A stretch of 64,000 bases of DNA from an uncultured Chthoniobacterales bacterium (GCA_964247025.1 CAXTSM010000016.1:8976-72975); one strand, 5' to 3'; numbered from the stretch's first letter, positions 18,941-28,918 are shown. Notes: generated from the letters alone by a model not told the origin. A program made the numbers and translations.

Positions 18941-20590
18941 ATGGAAACCATCGTCATTGGCCACCGGAATCCCGACATGGATGCCATCGTCTCGGCCCTC
19001 GCCTACGCCGAACTCAAGCGCCGCACGGGCGACGCCACCGCCACCGCCGGCCGCTGCGGCAACACCAACGAGCGCATCGACTTCGTGCTCGGGAAATTCG
19101 GCGTCGAGCCGCCCGCTTTCTTCGGCGACGTGCGCTCGCGCGTCGGCGACGTCATGGAGCGCAACGTCGTCTCCGCCCACGTCCGCGAGCCCGTCTACCA
19201 GGCCATGCTGCGCATCGGCGAAAATCGCTTCCGCGGCCTGCCCGTCGTCGACGACAACGGCCACTGCGTCGGCCTCATTTCCAGCTTCAAGATCAGCCGC
19301 CAGCTCTTCCCGCCCCCCAAGGAAATCGATTCCCATCGCGAGGTCGAGGCCTCGCTCGCGAACCTCTGCGCCACGATCCAGGGCACCGTCCTCGTCGGGC
19401 CACTGTGCGAAACGCCCGACCGCCACCTCCTCGTGGTCGCCGCCATGTACACGGCCTCGTTCCGCAAGCGCATCGCGTCGCTCGACATCGCGCGCGTCGT
19501 CCTCATCGTCGGTGACCGCTTCAACATCCAGCACATTTCGATCGAAGCCGGCGTGAAGGCCCTCGTCGTCACCGGCGGGCTGAAGGTCGGCGCAGACGTG
19601 CTCGCCGCCGCCCGCGCCAAAGGCACCGTCGTCATCAGCTCGCCCCACGACACCGCCACCACCGTCCTGCTCGCGCGCAGCTCCATCACCGCCGAAAAAA
19701 TGCTCTACGCCGACTTCGAATCGCTCGAGCCCGACACCCCGCTCGAGGAGGCGCGCCGCGAGGTCGCCATGTCGTCCCAGTTCGCCTTCCCCGTCATCGA
19801 TGAGTCCGGCCGGCTCGAGGGCATCCTGTCCAAGAGCGATTTCTTCAAGCCGGTGCCGCGGCAGCTCATCCTCGTCGACCACAACGAGATGTCGCAGGCG
19901 GTCAAGGGAGCGGAATCCCTCCCCATCGTCGAGATCCTCGACCACCACCGCCTCGGCTCCACGATCAGCACCGACGCGCCCATCCTGTTTCTCAACCGCC
20001 CCGTCGGCTCCACCAGCACGATCGTCGCCACCTGCTACGAGCAGGCTGACATTCCGATTCCGGCCCCGATGGCCGGCATCCTCATGGCCGGCGTCATCTC
20101 CGACACGCTGAACCTCAGCTCGCCGACCACGACGGACGTGGACCGGCGCGTCATGGCGCGACTCGCGGCCATCGCCGGCGTCGACCCCGCCACGCTCGCC
20201 GCGGAGATTTTCTCCGTCGGCTCCCCGTTGCTCACGATGACGCCCGAGCAGGCCATCGGCGCGGATTGCAAGGAATTCGAGGAATCCGGCGTCCGCTTCA
20301 GCGCCTCGCAGATCGAGGAGCTTTCGTTCTCCCATTTTCCCGAGAAGAAAACCGCCCTCACCGACGCGCTGGAACGCTACCGCCGGTCGCGCGATTTCCT
20401 GTTCTCCGCCCTGCTCGTCACGGACATCAATTCCCAGAATTCCGTGCTCATCGTGCGCGGCGACGAGAGCTTCACGAAGCACATCGACTTCCCCTCGATC
20501 GAGCCGCACCTGTGGCAGCTCGACGGCATCGTCTCTCGTAAAAAACAGCTCCTCCCCTTCCTGACGAACGTCCTCGCCAAACTCGCGTGA
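18941..20590 (+). CDS. CBS-domain-containing family II (DHH/DHHA2) inorganic pyrophosphatase
   Basis: N-terminal IGHRNPDMDAIVSALAYA, a central CBS pair, then LILVDHNE, ILDHHRLG, and a DHHA2-like C-terminus. 549 aa. Confidence 0.85.
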   Translation: METIVIGHRNPDMDAIVSALAYAELKRRTGDATATAGRCGNTNERIDFVLGKFGVEPPAFFGDVRSRVGDVMERNVVSAHVREPVYQAMLRIGENRFRGLPVVDDNGHCVGLISSFKISRQLFPPPKEIDSHREVEASLANLCATIQGTVLVGPLCETPDRHLLVVAAMYTASFRKRIASLDIARVVLIVGDRFNIQHISIEAGVKALVVTGGLKVGADVLAAARAKGTVVISSPHDTATTVLLARSSITAEKMLYADFESLEPDTPLEEARREVAMSSQFAFPVIDESGRLEGILSKSDFFKPVPRQLILVDHNEMSQAVKGAESLPIVEILDHHRLGSTISTDAPILFLNRPVGSTSTIVATCYEQADIPIPAPMAGILMAGVISDTLNLSSPTTTDVDRRVMARLAAIAGVDPATLAAEIFSVGSPLLTMTPEQAIGADCKEFEESGVRFSASQIEELSFSHFPEKKTALTDALERYRRSRDFLFSALLVTDINSQNSVLIVRGDESFTKHIDFPSIEPHLWQLDGIVSRKKQLLPFLTNVLAKLA

Positions 20591-20609
20591 GCAACGCCGC
20601 AACCAACGT

Positions 20610-21417
20610 GAAGAGGTAGCCACGGCGCCCGCCGCCGGGCCGGGCGAGGCCGCCTTCACCTTGCACCTGGGCATGCGCCCCGAAGGAGCGGGGCGGCTCC
20701 AACGCCAGCCCGTGGCGATCTCGTCATCCCACGGCCAAGCCCATGCCCCTCCTTGTAGCCACGGCGCTCCGTCGCCGTGCCGGGTGAAGGCCGCCCTCGC
20801 CTTCCACCCGGGCACGCGCCCCGACGGAGCGGGGTGGCTCCAACGTCAGCCCGCGGCAATCTCGTCATCCCACGGCCACGCCTCTCGCTCCCTCACCTTG
20901 TCGCCACGGCGCTCTGTCGCCGTGCCACGCGAAGGCCGCTCTCACCTTGCACCCGGGCATGCGCCCCGACAGAGCGGGGCGGCTCCAACGCCAGCCCGCG
21001 GCAATCTCGCCATCTTACGGCCAAGCCCCCGCTCCCTCCTTGTCGCCACGGCGCTCCGTCGCCGTGTCGGGCGAAGGCCGCCTTCACCTTGCACCCGGGC
21101 ACGCGCCCCGACGGAGCGGGGCGGCTACAACGTCAGCCCGTGGCGATCACGTCCGCCCACGGCCACGCCTCCCGCTCTCTCCTTGTAGCCACGGCGCTCT
21201 GTCGCCGTGCCGGGTAAAGGCCGCCCTCGCCTTGCACCCGGGCACGCCCCGACAGAGCGGGGCGGCTACAACGTCAGCCCGTGGCGATCACGTCCGCCCA
21301 CGGCCACGCCTCCCGCTCCCTCCTTGTAGCCACGGCGCTCTGTCGCCGTGCCGGGTGAAGACCGCGCTCGCCTCGCACCCGGGCACGCCCCGACGGAGCG
21401 GGGCGGCTACAACGTCC
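20610..21417. repeat. array of about 5.7 copies of a 141-145-bp unit built from inverted REP-like palindromes (BIME-like)
   Basis: CCTTGT(A/C)GCCACGGCGCTC(C/T)GTCGCCGTG starts at 20751, 20896, 21038, 21181 and 21322, with a partial copy from about 20617. Each unit also carries CGCCCCGAC(G/A)GAGCGGGG(C/T)GGCT(A/C)CAA in inverted orientation and a third CCGTGGC...CCCACGG hairpin. Confidence 0.9.
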
Positions 21418-21662
21418 GCCGTTCTTTTATCGTCCGAGCACGCAAGTCACCCTCACCGGTATCTTTTCGCCCTCACCGGCATCTTTTTAGACGTTTTGAA
21501 GGTTGCCAGGCGCGCCGGTGTATTTTGACCGCCGCTTCGCGACTCAAACCGTTTAATTCGTCTCGCCCGCCTCTTTGATCCGAGGCGAAGACCTCTTCAC
21601 GGAATCTGAACCGCGTTTGTAAAAGCCTCGGGAACGCTTCGCGTCCTTTTTCGGCCTAAATC

Positions 21663-24600
21663 TTAGGCGCGGGCGGCGCGACGACGACGCTGCCACGCGA
21701 GGCCGCCCAACAAGGCCGCCATTGCGATCCCGTAAGTGGCCGGCTCTGGTATCGCGGTGAGGTTGAGGATACCGGTGCTCTCGGTGAAGGTGTAGGTCAG
21801 CGTCGCAGTGGAGGCGGTGAAGGTGCGGTCCCCGACGGAATAAAGTCCCCCCACGGTCCCATTTCCAGGAATGGTGAAATTCACCGCGGAGAAATCCGTT
21901 CCGCCCAACGAACTGAAACTGAAGAGATTGTAGCTATTCCCCGCGGTGCCGGCGCTGCCCAATAACAAATTGAGGGTGCCCCCATAATTAACCGTGCCGG
22001 TGACATCAAGCGCATCGTAGGTCGTCCCCCGCGTCGTGCCGTTGATCTCCAAGTTCGTGGTGCTGGCCGAGTCCAGGGTCAGATTGCCTGAGACCGTGAG
22101 CAGGCCAGGGCTGTTGCCGGGAGAAAGCGTGCCGCCGTTCACCGCGACGTTTCCGGTGATGGTGCCGCTTCCGCCCAACGTGCCGCCGGCGTTCACCGTC
22201 GTCGCGCTGGTGATCGAGCCATTGACGAGAAGCTTGCCGCCGTTCACCGAAGTCGGTCCCGTGTAGGTGTTCGCGCCGGAGAGCGTCATCGTTCCCACTC
22301 CTGCCTTGATCAGGCCATTGACCGCACCGGCGGCAAGACCGCTCCCCGCTTGATTGGATAGAGGGGTGTTCACGTTCAGGTCGGAAAGCGCGTCTCCCGT
22401 CGCGTCGGCCACATTGAAGGTGACGGAATCACCGCTGGTGTTGAATGTTCCAATCGCCACATTGTTGAAGCTTCCGGTGCCGGCGTTGATGTTGGTCGCC
22501 GCGCTTCCTCCCACCGTGACGGTTCCACGCAGGGAAAATCCCGGAAAGTTGACGGACGTGCCTCCGTTGCTCGTGATGGTTGCCCCGTTCAGGACCGGGT
22601 TGCTCAAGGAGGTATAAGTGTTGTTGCTCGCCAACGTGCCGCCGTTGACCGTCACGACGACGGGGCTGATCACGTCCGAGCCGCCCAGCGAGTCGTTCCC
22701 GTCGAAGCGCACCGTCGCTCCGCTGGCCACGTTCAAGGCGCCCGCCACGGTTCCGTTCGCGTAGACGGAGCCTCCGGCGCCAAGAACGAGCGTGCCCGCA
22801 TTCACGTTCGTCGCCCCCGTGTAGGTGTTCGCCGCGTTCAGCGTCATGGTGCCCGCGCCTATCTTGGTCAATCCGTTCGCCCCGTTTTGGTTGCTGAAAG
22901 AATTGTTGACGATCAAATCGGCCGCCGCGCTGCCGGTTGCGTCAGCCACGTTGAAGGTGGTGGTCGTGTCGGCGGCGCCAGGGGCGAAAACGCCGAGGGC
23001 GACGTTGTTGTTGTTTCCGGTGCCCGCGTTGAAATTGGTTGGCGTGGTCCCTCCCACCGTCACGGTGCCGCGAAGCGAAAAGGCCGGGAAATCCACACTT
23101 GGGCCGCCGTTCGCGAGCAGGGTGCCGCCGTTGAAAACGGGATTGCTCAAGGAGGTGTAAGTTCCATTGCTGGCCAAGGTGCCGCCATTGACGGTCACGA
23201 CCACGGGGCTCACCGCGCCTGATCCACCAAGGGTGTCGTTGCCATCGAACCTTACGGTCGCTCCAGTGCCGACCACGACGCTGCCCGCCACCGTGCCGGC
23301 GGAATAAAGTGACGCTCCGGCATCCAAGACAAGCGTTCCGGCGGTGACGTTCGTTATGCCGGTGTAAGTGCTGGCGCCGCCCAGCGTCATGGTGCCGGGG
23401 CCGGCCTTCGTGAACCCGCCCGCGGCATTGGCGAAGTCGCCGGATTGGTTGCGCAGCGGCGCGCCGACGATGAGGTCGGCGTTGGCATTGCCGGTGGCGT
23501 CCGCCACGGTGAAGATCGTATTGGCGCCCAGGTGAACGCCTCCGGTGGTGGCGGTTGCCGCCGTGGTCGAAATCGTGGAGGCGGCCGTACCTCCCACCGT
23601 CACGTTGCCGCGCAACGCGAAGGATTGGTAGTTCCCGGTGTCGGCGGTGTCGCTATTCGACATCGTGGCGCCATTTAGATTCAACGCGCCCAGGGTGGTG
23701 TAGCGGGTGGTGGTCAGGTTGCCGCTGTTGACCGTGATCGTGGGCAGCGTTCCCACGTTGCCTTGGTTTCCAAACCAATTGGTCGTGGTGCCCGACAGCT
23801 TGGCGCCAGGATTGACCGTGATCGTTTTTCCGGCGTTCGACAGCCCCAGGGCTCCCGAGCTGCCGTTATCGCTGGCGGCCGCTCCGACGTTCACCGTGCC
23901 GCCGTTGATCACGATCGGACCGGCAAACGTGCTGGCGCCGTTGGTAAGATTGAGATACCCGGTCCCCGTTTTGGTGATTCCGCCGCCACTGATGATCGCT
24001 CCAGAAATCGTCAGGTCCACTCCGCCCGTGACCGTCCCGGTCGCCACGTTGATCCCCAGGCTTCCGGCCGTGCCCGAGCCGGTAAAAGAGTCGATATTGG
24101 CCGAGAACGTGGAAGTCGTCGCGCTGGCGAGCGACGAGATGGTGGGGGCCGCGGCCGCATTCACGTTGAAGCGGAACAAGGAGGTGCCCGAGACGGTGCC
24201 GCCCGTCAGGTTGAAACTCGTGAGATAACCTTGATTTCCCGCGGAAGCGGTTACCGACCCTCCGTTCACGTTTATGGTCGAGACCTGGACTCCCGCGTTG
24301 TAACCCAAGGCGTCCCCCGCCGTCAGGGCGAGCGTCGCACCGGTATTGACCGTCACCACCCCTTGGACGGTTCCCGCCCCGCCACCTTTGTTCAGTGCGA
24401 GCGTTCCCCCGTTGACGATCGTCCCGCCGGTGTAGGTGCTGGAGCCGCCGAGCGTCAGCGTGCCCACTCCGGCCTTGGTCAGGCCGCCCGCACCGCCGAT
24501 CACCCCGCCAAGCGCCAGATTGCCTCCGCCCGTCGTCGTCGTGAAGGTATTGGTGGCGGCCATCGTGAACGCATTGTTGATGGTCTGGAGAGCGGTGCTG

Positions 24601-25004
24601 TTGTTGGTGATGCCGCCGCTCAGCGCAAACGAATTGCCGGTAATGGTGTAGGCCGATGCGCCGGAATTGAAGGTGAAGCCCCCGATGCTGAAGCCGGCCG
24701 CCTCGTTCTCATTCAGAGCGGTAATGCTGGAAACACCGAAATAAAGGCTGTCCCCCGCCAGGATCGTCCCGGTGGCGGCCCCGGGAGTCGTGGTCCCCGG
24801 CGTCCAGTTGTTCCCCGTGAAAGTCGCGTTCGCGGGCGTGGTCGACCAGGCATCGTTGGCCGCCTGGGCACACGGCACGAAGGCAGCTCCAGCAATCAAA
24901 ACGGAAAGACCCGTCAAGGCCGCCGCCGAAAGGCGCGGGCGGAAAGAAGAACGCGAACCAGCGGCGCGGTGCGAGGGTGATGAAAATCGGACGTTTTTCG
25001 GCAT
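21663..25004 (-). CDS. PEP-CTERM-anchored surface protein made of autotransporter-associated beta-strand repeats
   Basis: Signal peptide (...AFVPCAQA). Repeated G-T-L-T-L-x-G-x-N-T-Y-T-G-x-T-x-V-N-x-G-T-L motifs. The C-terminal IPEPATYGIAMAALLGGLAWQRRRRAARA is PEP motif, TM helix and Arg cluster. Confidence 0.9.
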   Translation of the reverse strand: MPKNVRFSSPSHRAAGSRSSFRPRLSAAALTGLSVLIAGAAFVPCAQAANDAWSTTPANATFTGNNWTPGTTTPGAATGTILAGDSLYFGVSSITALNENEAAGFSIGGFTFNSGASAYTITGNSFALSGGITNNSTALQTINNAFTMAATNTFTTTTGGGNLALGGVIGGAGGLTKAGVGTLTLGGSSTYTGGTIVNGGTLALNKGGGAGTVQGVVTVNTGATLALTAGDALGYNAGVQVSTINVNGGSVTASAGNQGYLTSFNLTGGTVSGTSLFRFNVNAAAAPTISSLASATTSTFSANIDSFTGSGTAGSLGINVATGTVTGGVDLTISGAIISGGGITKTGTGYLNLTNGASTFAGPIVINGGTVNVGAAASDNGSSGALGLSNAGKTITVNPGAKLSGTTTNWFGNQGNVGTLPTITVNSGNLTTTRYTTLGALNLNGATMSNSDTADTGNYQSFALRGNVTVGGTAASTISTTAATATTGGVHLGANTIFTVADATGNANADLIVGAPLRNQSGDFANAAGGFTKAGPGTMTLGGASTYTGITNVTAGTLVLDAGASLYSAGTVAGSVVVGTGATVRFDGNDTLGGSGAVSPVVVTVNGGTLASNGTYTSLSNPVFNGGTLLANGGPSVDFPAFSLRGTVTVGGTTPTNFNAGTGNNNNVALGVFAPGAADTTTTFNVADATGSAAADLIVNNSFSNQNGANGLTKIGAGTMTLNAANTYTGATNVNAGTLVLGAGGSVYANGTVAGALNVASGATVRFDGNDSLGGSDVISPVVVTVNGGTLASNNTYTSLSNPVLNGATITSNGGTSVNFPGFSLRGTVTVGGSAATNINAGTGSFNNVAIGTFNTSGDSVTFNVADATGDALSDLNVNTPLSNQAGSGLAAGAVNGLIKAGVGTMTLSGANTYTGPTSVNGGKLLVNGSITSATTVNAGGTLGGSGTITGNVAVNGGTLSPGNSPGLLTVSGNLTLDSASTTNLEINGTTRGTTYDALDVTGTVNYGGTLNLLLGSAGTAGNSYNLFSFSSLGGTDFSAVNFTIPGNGTVGGLYSVGDRTFTASTATLTYTFTESTGILNLTAIPEPATYGIAMAALLGGLAWQRRRRAARA

Positions 25005-25558
25005 ATGATTGATGGGAACGGGTAAATTAAGGAAACATATCTTCGGCGCGCGTTATTTGACGTGAACCAAAGGAGGAGAACTTGCGGGGACCTTTTAGGG
25101 CTGGCCCAGATTTGGCAAGGATTTTTTTATCAAATGACGATTTTTTTACATGCACCGCGCAGAACGATCTCGCGCCCTTCCGGCCGGAAGAAGTCCGCGA
25201 GGGCCCGCGTGGCGGCGAGAGAATGGCGTCATTCGGCTGCCGGGGAAAGGGACTTAAGAGTCTGGGCTCACTCGATTTACCCGAAGCGGAGCGACCGTAG
25301 CGCCGGCCCGGGGGGCGGCCCATTGGCCCTTCGGATCCCCCCGAAGACCCTTCCGCCCGGGCCTTCACCTTTTTTTAATCATCCAAGAACGCGAGGCATC
25401 TTTCGTCGGCGTCTCTTTTCAAAAATTCCGTCAGCGGACGGTCGCGGCGGCGTCTTTTTAAGCAAGGCGCAACGCGATGACCGCCCGGCGCCGTCGGGTG
25501 GCTCCACCCAGCCTTGAAGAACGGAAGAGCCGGCGACTCGACGGAAGGTCGAGCTTCG

Positions 25559-27181
25559 TCAATGCTCCGTCGCCTTTTCCGCGCCGAGGCCGGTATTCGC
25601 GCGCACCTCCAGCTCCGTGAACTTTTCCGCCGACGCGCGCTGGCCGGAAAGCAGCGTGCCCAACACCGACGCGAGGAACCCCAGCGGGATGCTCACGATC
25701 CCAGGATTTTTGAGCGGGAACCACGGCTCGCCGTGGATCAGCGCCTTTGCGTCCATTCCCATCACGCTCGGGCTGACCAGGATCAGCAGGATCGCGCTCG
25801 CCAGGCCGACGCCCATTCCGATCACGGCGCCGGCGGTGTTGAACCGCCGCCAGAAAATCGAGAAGACGATCGCCGGCAGATTCGCGCTCGCCGCCACCGC
25901 GAAGGCGAGCCCGACCAGGAACGCGACGTTGATCGTCTGCAGCTTGATCGCGAGCACGATCGCCACCGCCCCCACGACGAACGCCGTCACGCGCGCGACG
26001 AAAACCTCTTCGCCCGGCCGGTGCTCGCGTCGGTGGTGGATCACGTTCGTCCAGAAATCGTGCGCGAAGCTCGTGCTCGCGCTGATCGTCAATCCCGCCA
26101 CCACCGCCAGGATCGTCGCGAACGCCACCGCGCTGATGAACGCGAACAGGATCTCGCCGCCGAGCGCCTGCGCGAGCAGCGGCGCGCTCATGTTGTCGTT
26201 CGGCTTGCCGTCCACGACGATGCGGTCGGGCGTCAGGATCGTCGCCGCGCCGAAGCCCAGGAACGTCGTCATCAGGTAAAACGCGCCGATGATGACCATC
26301 GCCCACACGACCGAGGCGCGGGCGGTCTGCGCGTCGGGCACGGTGTAGAAGCGCACCAGCACGTGCGGCAGCCCGGCCGTGCCCAGCACGAGCGCGAGGC
26401 CGAGCGAGACCATGTCGAGCGGCCCCCAGCCATGCGTGACGGCGGCGCCGAATTTTAGTCCCGGCTGGAGAAAATTCTGCGTCACGAGCTCGCCGTCTCG
26501 ATGGAACGAAACGTGCGTGATCGCATCGATGAACTTCGCCGCGCTGAAGTCGAAGTGCCGCATCACCAGCCCGCTCAGGAGCAGCGAGCCGGACATCAGC
26601 AGCCCGGCCTTGATGATCTGCACCCACGTCGTGGCCAGCATCCCGCCGAAGACCACGTAGACGATCATCAGCCCGCCGACGCCGACCACCGCCATCTCGT
26701 AGCTCACGCCCGGCAGCAGCAGCCTGACCAGGGCGCCCGCGCCGACCATCTGCGCGATCATGTAGAACGTGGACACCGTCAGCGTGCTCACCGAGGCCAT
26801 CGCGCGCACCGGCCGCGGGCTCATGCGGAAGGCCAGCACGTCGGCCATCGTGTATTTGCCGGTGTTCCGCAGCGGCTCCGCGACGATCAGCAGCACGGTG
26901 AGATACGCGACGAGGAACCCCACCGAATACAGGAAGCCGTCGTAGCCGTTGAAGGCGATCATGCCCGTGATGCCGAGGAAGCTCGCCGCGCTCATGTAAT
27001 CACCGCCGATCGCGAGCCCGTTCTGCCAGCCCGTGATGCGCCGACCCGCCGCGAAATACGCGCTCGCGCCGGACGATCGCCGCGCGCTCCACCACGTCAC
27101 GACCAACGTCGCCGCCACGAAGCTCAAGAACATCCACAGTGACGTGTGGCCCATCGGGCCCGCGGCCGGGAGGGCGCTCAT
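25559..27181 (-). CDS. actP: cation/acetate symporter (SSF family)
   Basis: ...YFAAGRRITGWQNGLAIGGDYMSAASFLGITG... with about 13-14 TM helices. Its ATG overlaps the upstream DUF485 stop (ATGA), the canonical yjcH-actP arrangement. Confidence 0.9.
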   Translation of the reverse strand: MSALPAAGPMGHTSLWMFLSFVAATLVVTWWSARRSSGASAYFAAGRRITGWQNGLAIGGDYMSAASFLGITGMIAFNGYDGFLYSVGFLVAYLTVLLIVAEPLRNTGKYTMADVLAFRMSPRPVRAMASVSTLTVSTFYMIAQMVGAGALVRLLLPGVSYEMAVVGVGGLMIVYVVFGGMLATTWVQIIKAGLLMSGSLLLSGLVMRHFDFSAAKFIDAITHVSFHRDGELVTQNFLQPGLKFGAAVTHGWGPLDMVSLGLALVLGTAGLPHVLVRFYTVPDAQTARASVVWAMVIIGAFYLMTTFLGFGAATILTPDRIVVDGKPNDNMSAPLLAQALGGEILFAFISAVAFATILAVVAGLTISASTSFAHDFWTNVIHHRREHRPGEEVFVARVTAFVVGAVAIVLAIKLQTINVAFLVGLAFAVAASANLPAIVFSIFWRRFNTAGAVIGMGVGLASAILLILVSPSVMGMDAKALIHGEPWFPLKNPGIVSIPLGFLASVLGTLLSGQRASAEKFTELEVRANTGLGAEKATEH

Positions 27182-27498
27182 TGCCGGCCGAATTTCCTCA
27201 ACACCGCAGCCGCGTCACGATCCCAGCCCGAGGCCGCGCGCACGTAGACGCCGGCCAGGATCCACGCCATGAAAAATTGCGACAGCGCGAACAGATAGGC
27301 CGCGTTGAGCTCGCCCCAAATCGGTCGCGCCATCAGGTCGGGCGCGTAGCCGACGAGCAGCGGCAGCGCGAAATAGTAGAGCAGGAAAAAAATCGTCGCC
27401 GGGACGATGAACCGCGCCTTCCTTGCGAGGAGGCCGCGGAAATCGGGGTCGCGGGAGATTTGATCCCACGGAGGCGCGGAGGGGTCGGGGGAGGACAT
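27178..27498 (-). CDS. DUF485 (YjcH-like) membrane protein
   Basis: 106 aa, two TM helices, ...FRGLLARKARFIVPATIFFLLYYFALPLLVGYAP... There is a 4-nt overlap with actP. Confidence 0.85.
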   Translation of the reverse strand: MSSPDPSAPPWDQISRDPDFRGLLARKARFIVPATIFFLLYYFALPLLVGYAPDLMARPIWGELNAAYLFALSQFFMAWILAGVYVRAASGWDRDAAAVLRKFGRQ

Positions 27499-27712
27499 CC
27501 CCGCAGGCTAGCCGCCACGCGCCCAAGGCGAAAGTCTCAAGTCATCCCCGACCGCGATGGTCTGCGGGGAGCCCACGCTCGCCGCGCGCCGCCTTCGGCA
27601 TCCCGCCGAAGAGCCCTCCGTTTCTTTCGCCGGAGGCCGAAAGGTGCCGCTGCCTGGGCTCCCCATTCTGCTTGCCTCCAGGAATGTCGGCGACGGAGAT
27701 TTCCCGGGCAGC

Positions 27713-28918
27713 ATGGCGCCGAAATTTCCTTCCCTCCCGACGTTCCTTGCCGTGCTCCTCGTCGCGTTCGCCGCGGCGTGGATTTCCGCCGGGGAGGCGC
27801 GGGCCTATTACGACTACACGTTTCGCATCGCCGGCGCCCTGCTGGAAGGCCGGCTGGGCCTGAACACCGCGCCGCCCGAATGGCTGAACGAGATGGTCGC
27901 GTCCGACGGTCATTACTACAGCGTCTTTCCGCTCGGCGCGGTGCTGAGCGTCCTGCCGTTCGCCGCTCTCGTGAAAGGCCACCTGCTCGCGGCGTTCCCG
28001 TTGCGCCTGGTGATCGGCCTGCTCGGCGCGGCCGTCACCGGCTTCGCCTTCCTCCTCGCCGGCGCCTTCCGGCTCCCGCCTTGGAAACGAACGCTCTTCG
28101 CCGCGACGCCGCTTTTCGGCAGCTGCCTCTGGCCGAATCTCGCCTTCGGCGGCGCGTGGCAACTCGCCATCGGGTTCGCCGTCGCCGGAGAACTCGGCGC
28201 GCTCGCGTTCACGCTGGTTTTCCCGCGACCGCTGCTGGCCGGTTTCTTTTTTGCCACGGCGTTCGGCAACCGCACCGAGGTGCTCCTCACCGCGCCGATC
28301 CTTTATTTTCTGCTGTTGCGGAACCGCGCAGACCGGCTCTCCGACCTGCCGCGCGAATGGCCGCTCATTCTGCGGTTCTCCATTTTTCCGGCGCTGCTCG
28401 GCCTTCTCACCCTCGTTTATAACGCCAGCCGCTTTGGTTCGCCGCTCGATTTCGGCTACGCGCGCATCCCGGGCGTGCTGGCGGAGCCCGGTTACCGCTT
28501 CGGCATCTTTTCCCTCCAGGCCGTGCCGATGAATCTCTACCACATGGTCTTCGAGCCGTGGAAAATCCTGGGCGACTTCCCCTGGCTGCTCCCTTCCGGC
28601 TGGGGTGGCTCGATTTTTTTATCGTCGCCCTTCCTTTTTCTCCTCTTCCGCGCCGGCCGACGGGGCGCCGATCTCCGCCCCGTCGGCTGGCTCGCGATCG
28701 CCGTCCTCACCGCCCTGCTCTGGATCCATGGCAACGCCGGCGGCTGGCAGGTCTCGTACCGCTACGCCTCGCTGCTGATGCCGTGGGCGCTGCTCATCCT
28801 GCTGGAAACCGAGTCGCGTCAGCGGATCGGCTGGGCGCCGGCGCTGATCGTCGCGTCCATCGCGATCAACGCGTTTTCGACCTGGATTTTCTGCGGCACC
28901 ACATTCATGGGGCACTGA
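27713..28918 (+). CDS. polytopic membrane protein, possibly a GT-C-type (ArnT/PMT-like) glycosyltransferase
   Basis: About 10-11 TM helices. The N-terminal loop ...YYDYTFRIAGALLEGRLGL...DGHYYSVFPLGAVLSVLPF is reminiscent of GT-C enzymes. ATG 27713 is chosen over the ORF-track start. The function is only a guess. Confidence 0.45.
   Translation: MAPKFPSLPTFLAVLLVAFAAAWISAGEARAYYDYTFRIAGALLEGRLGLNTAPPEWLNEMVASDGHYYSVFPLGAVLSVLPFAALVKGHLLAAFPLRLVIGLLGAAVTGFAFLLAGAFRLPPWKRTLFAATPLFGSCLWPNLAFGGAWQLAIGFAVAGELGALAFTLVFPRPLLAGFFFATAFGNRTEVLLTAPILYFLLLRNRADRLSDLPREWPLILRFSIFPALLGLLTLVYNASRFGSPLDFGYARIPGVLAEPGYRFGIFSLQAVPMNLYHMVFEPWKILGDFPWLLPSGWGGSIFLSSPFLFLLFRAGRRGADLRPVGWLAIAVLTALLWIHGNAGGWQVSYRYASLLMPWALLILLETESRQRIGWAPALIVASIAINAFSTWIFCGTTFMGH

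Noticed and set aside
20610-21417. CRISPR array interpretation of the 143-bp and 105-bp periodic repeats.
   Set aside because: The whole unit repeats, including the would-be spacers, so there are no unique spacers. The periods (105 and about 143 bp) and the internal inverted modules do not fit repeat-spacer architecture. There are no cas genes in the window.
25062-25517. 151-aa and 72-aa plus-strand ORFs in the actP / PEP-CTERM spacer.
   Set aside because: The composition is non-coding-like (Arg/Pro/Gly strings). There is no domain, and the region is better explained as promoter or leader plus a structured element.
27655-27673. Possible sigma-54 promoter CTGGGCTCCCCATTCTGCTT upstream of the GT-C-like membrane protein gene.
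   Set aside because: The GG-to-GC distance is one nucleotide too long, and the -24 element is GGGCTC rather than GGCAC. The match is too weak to report.
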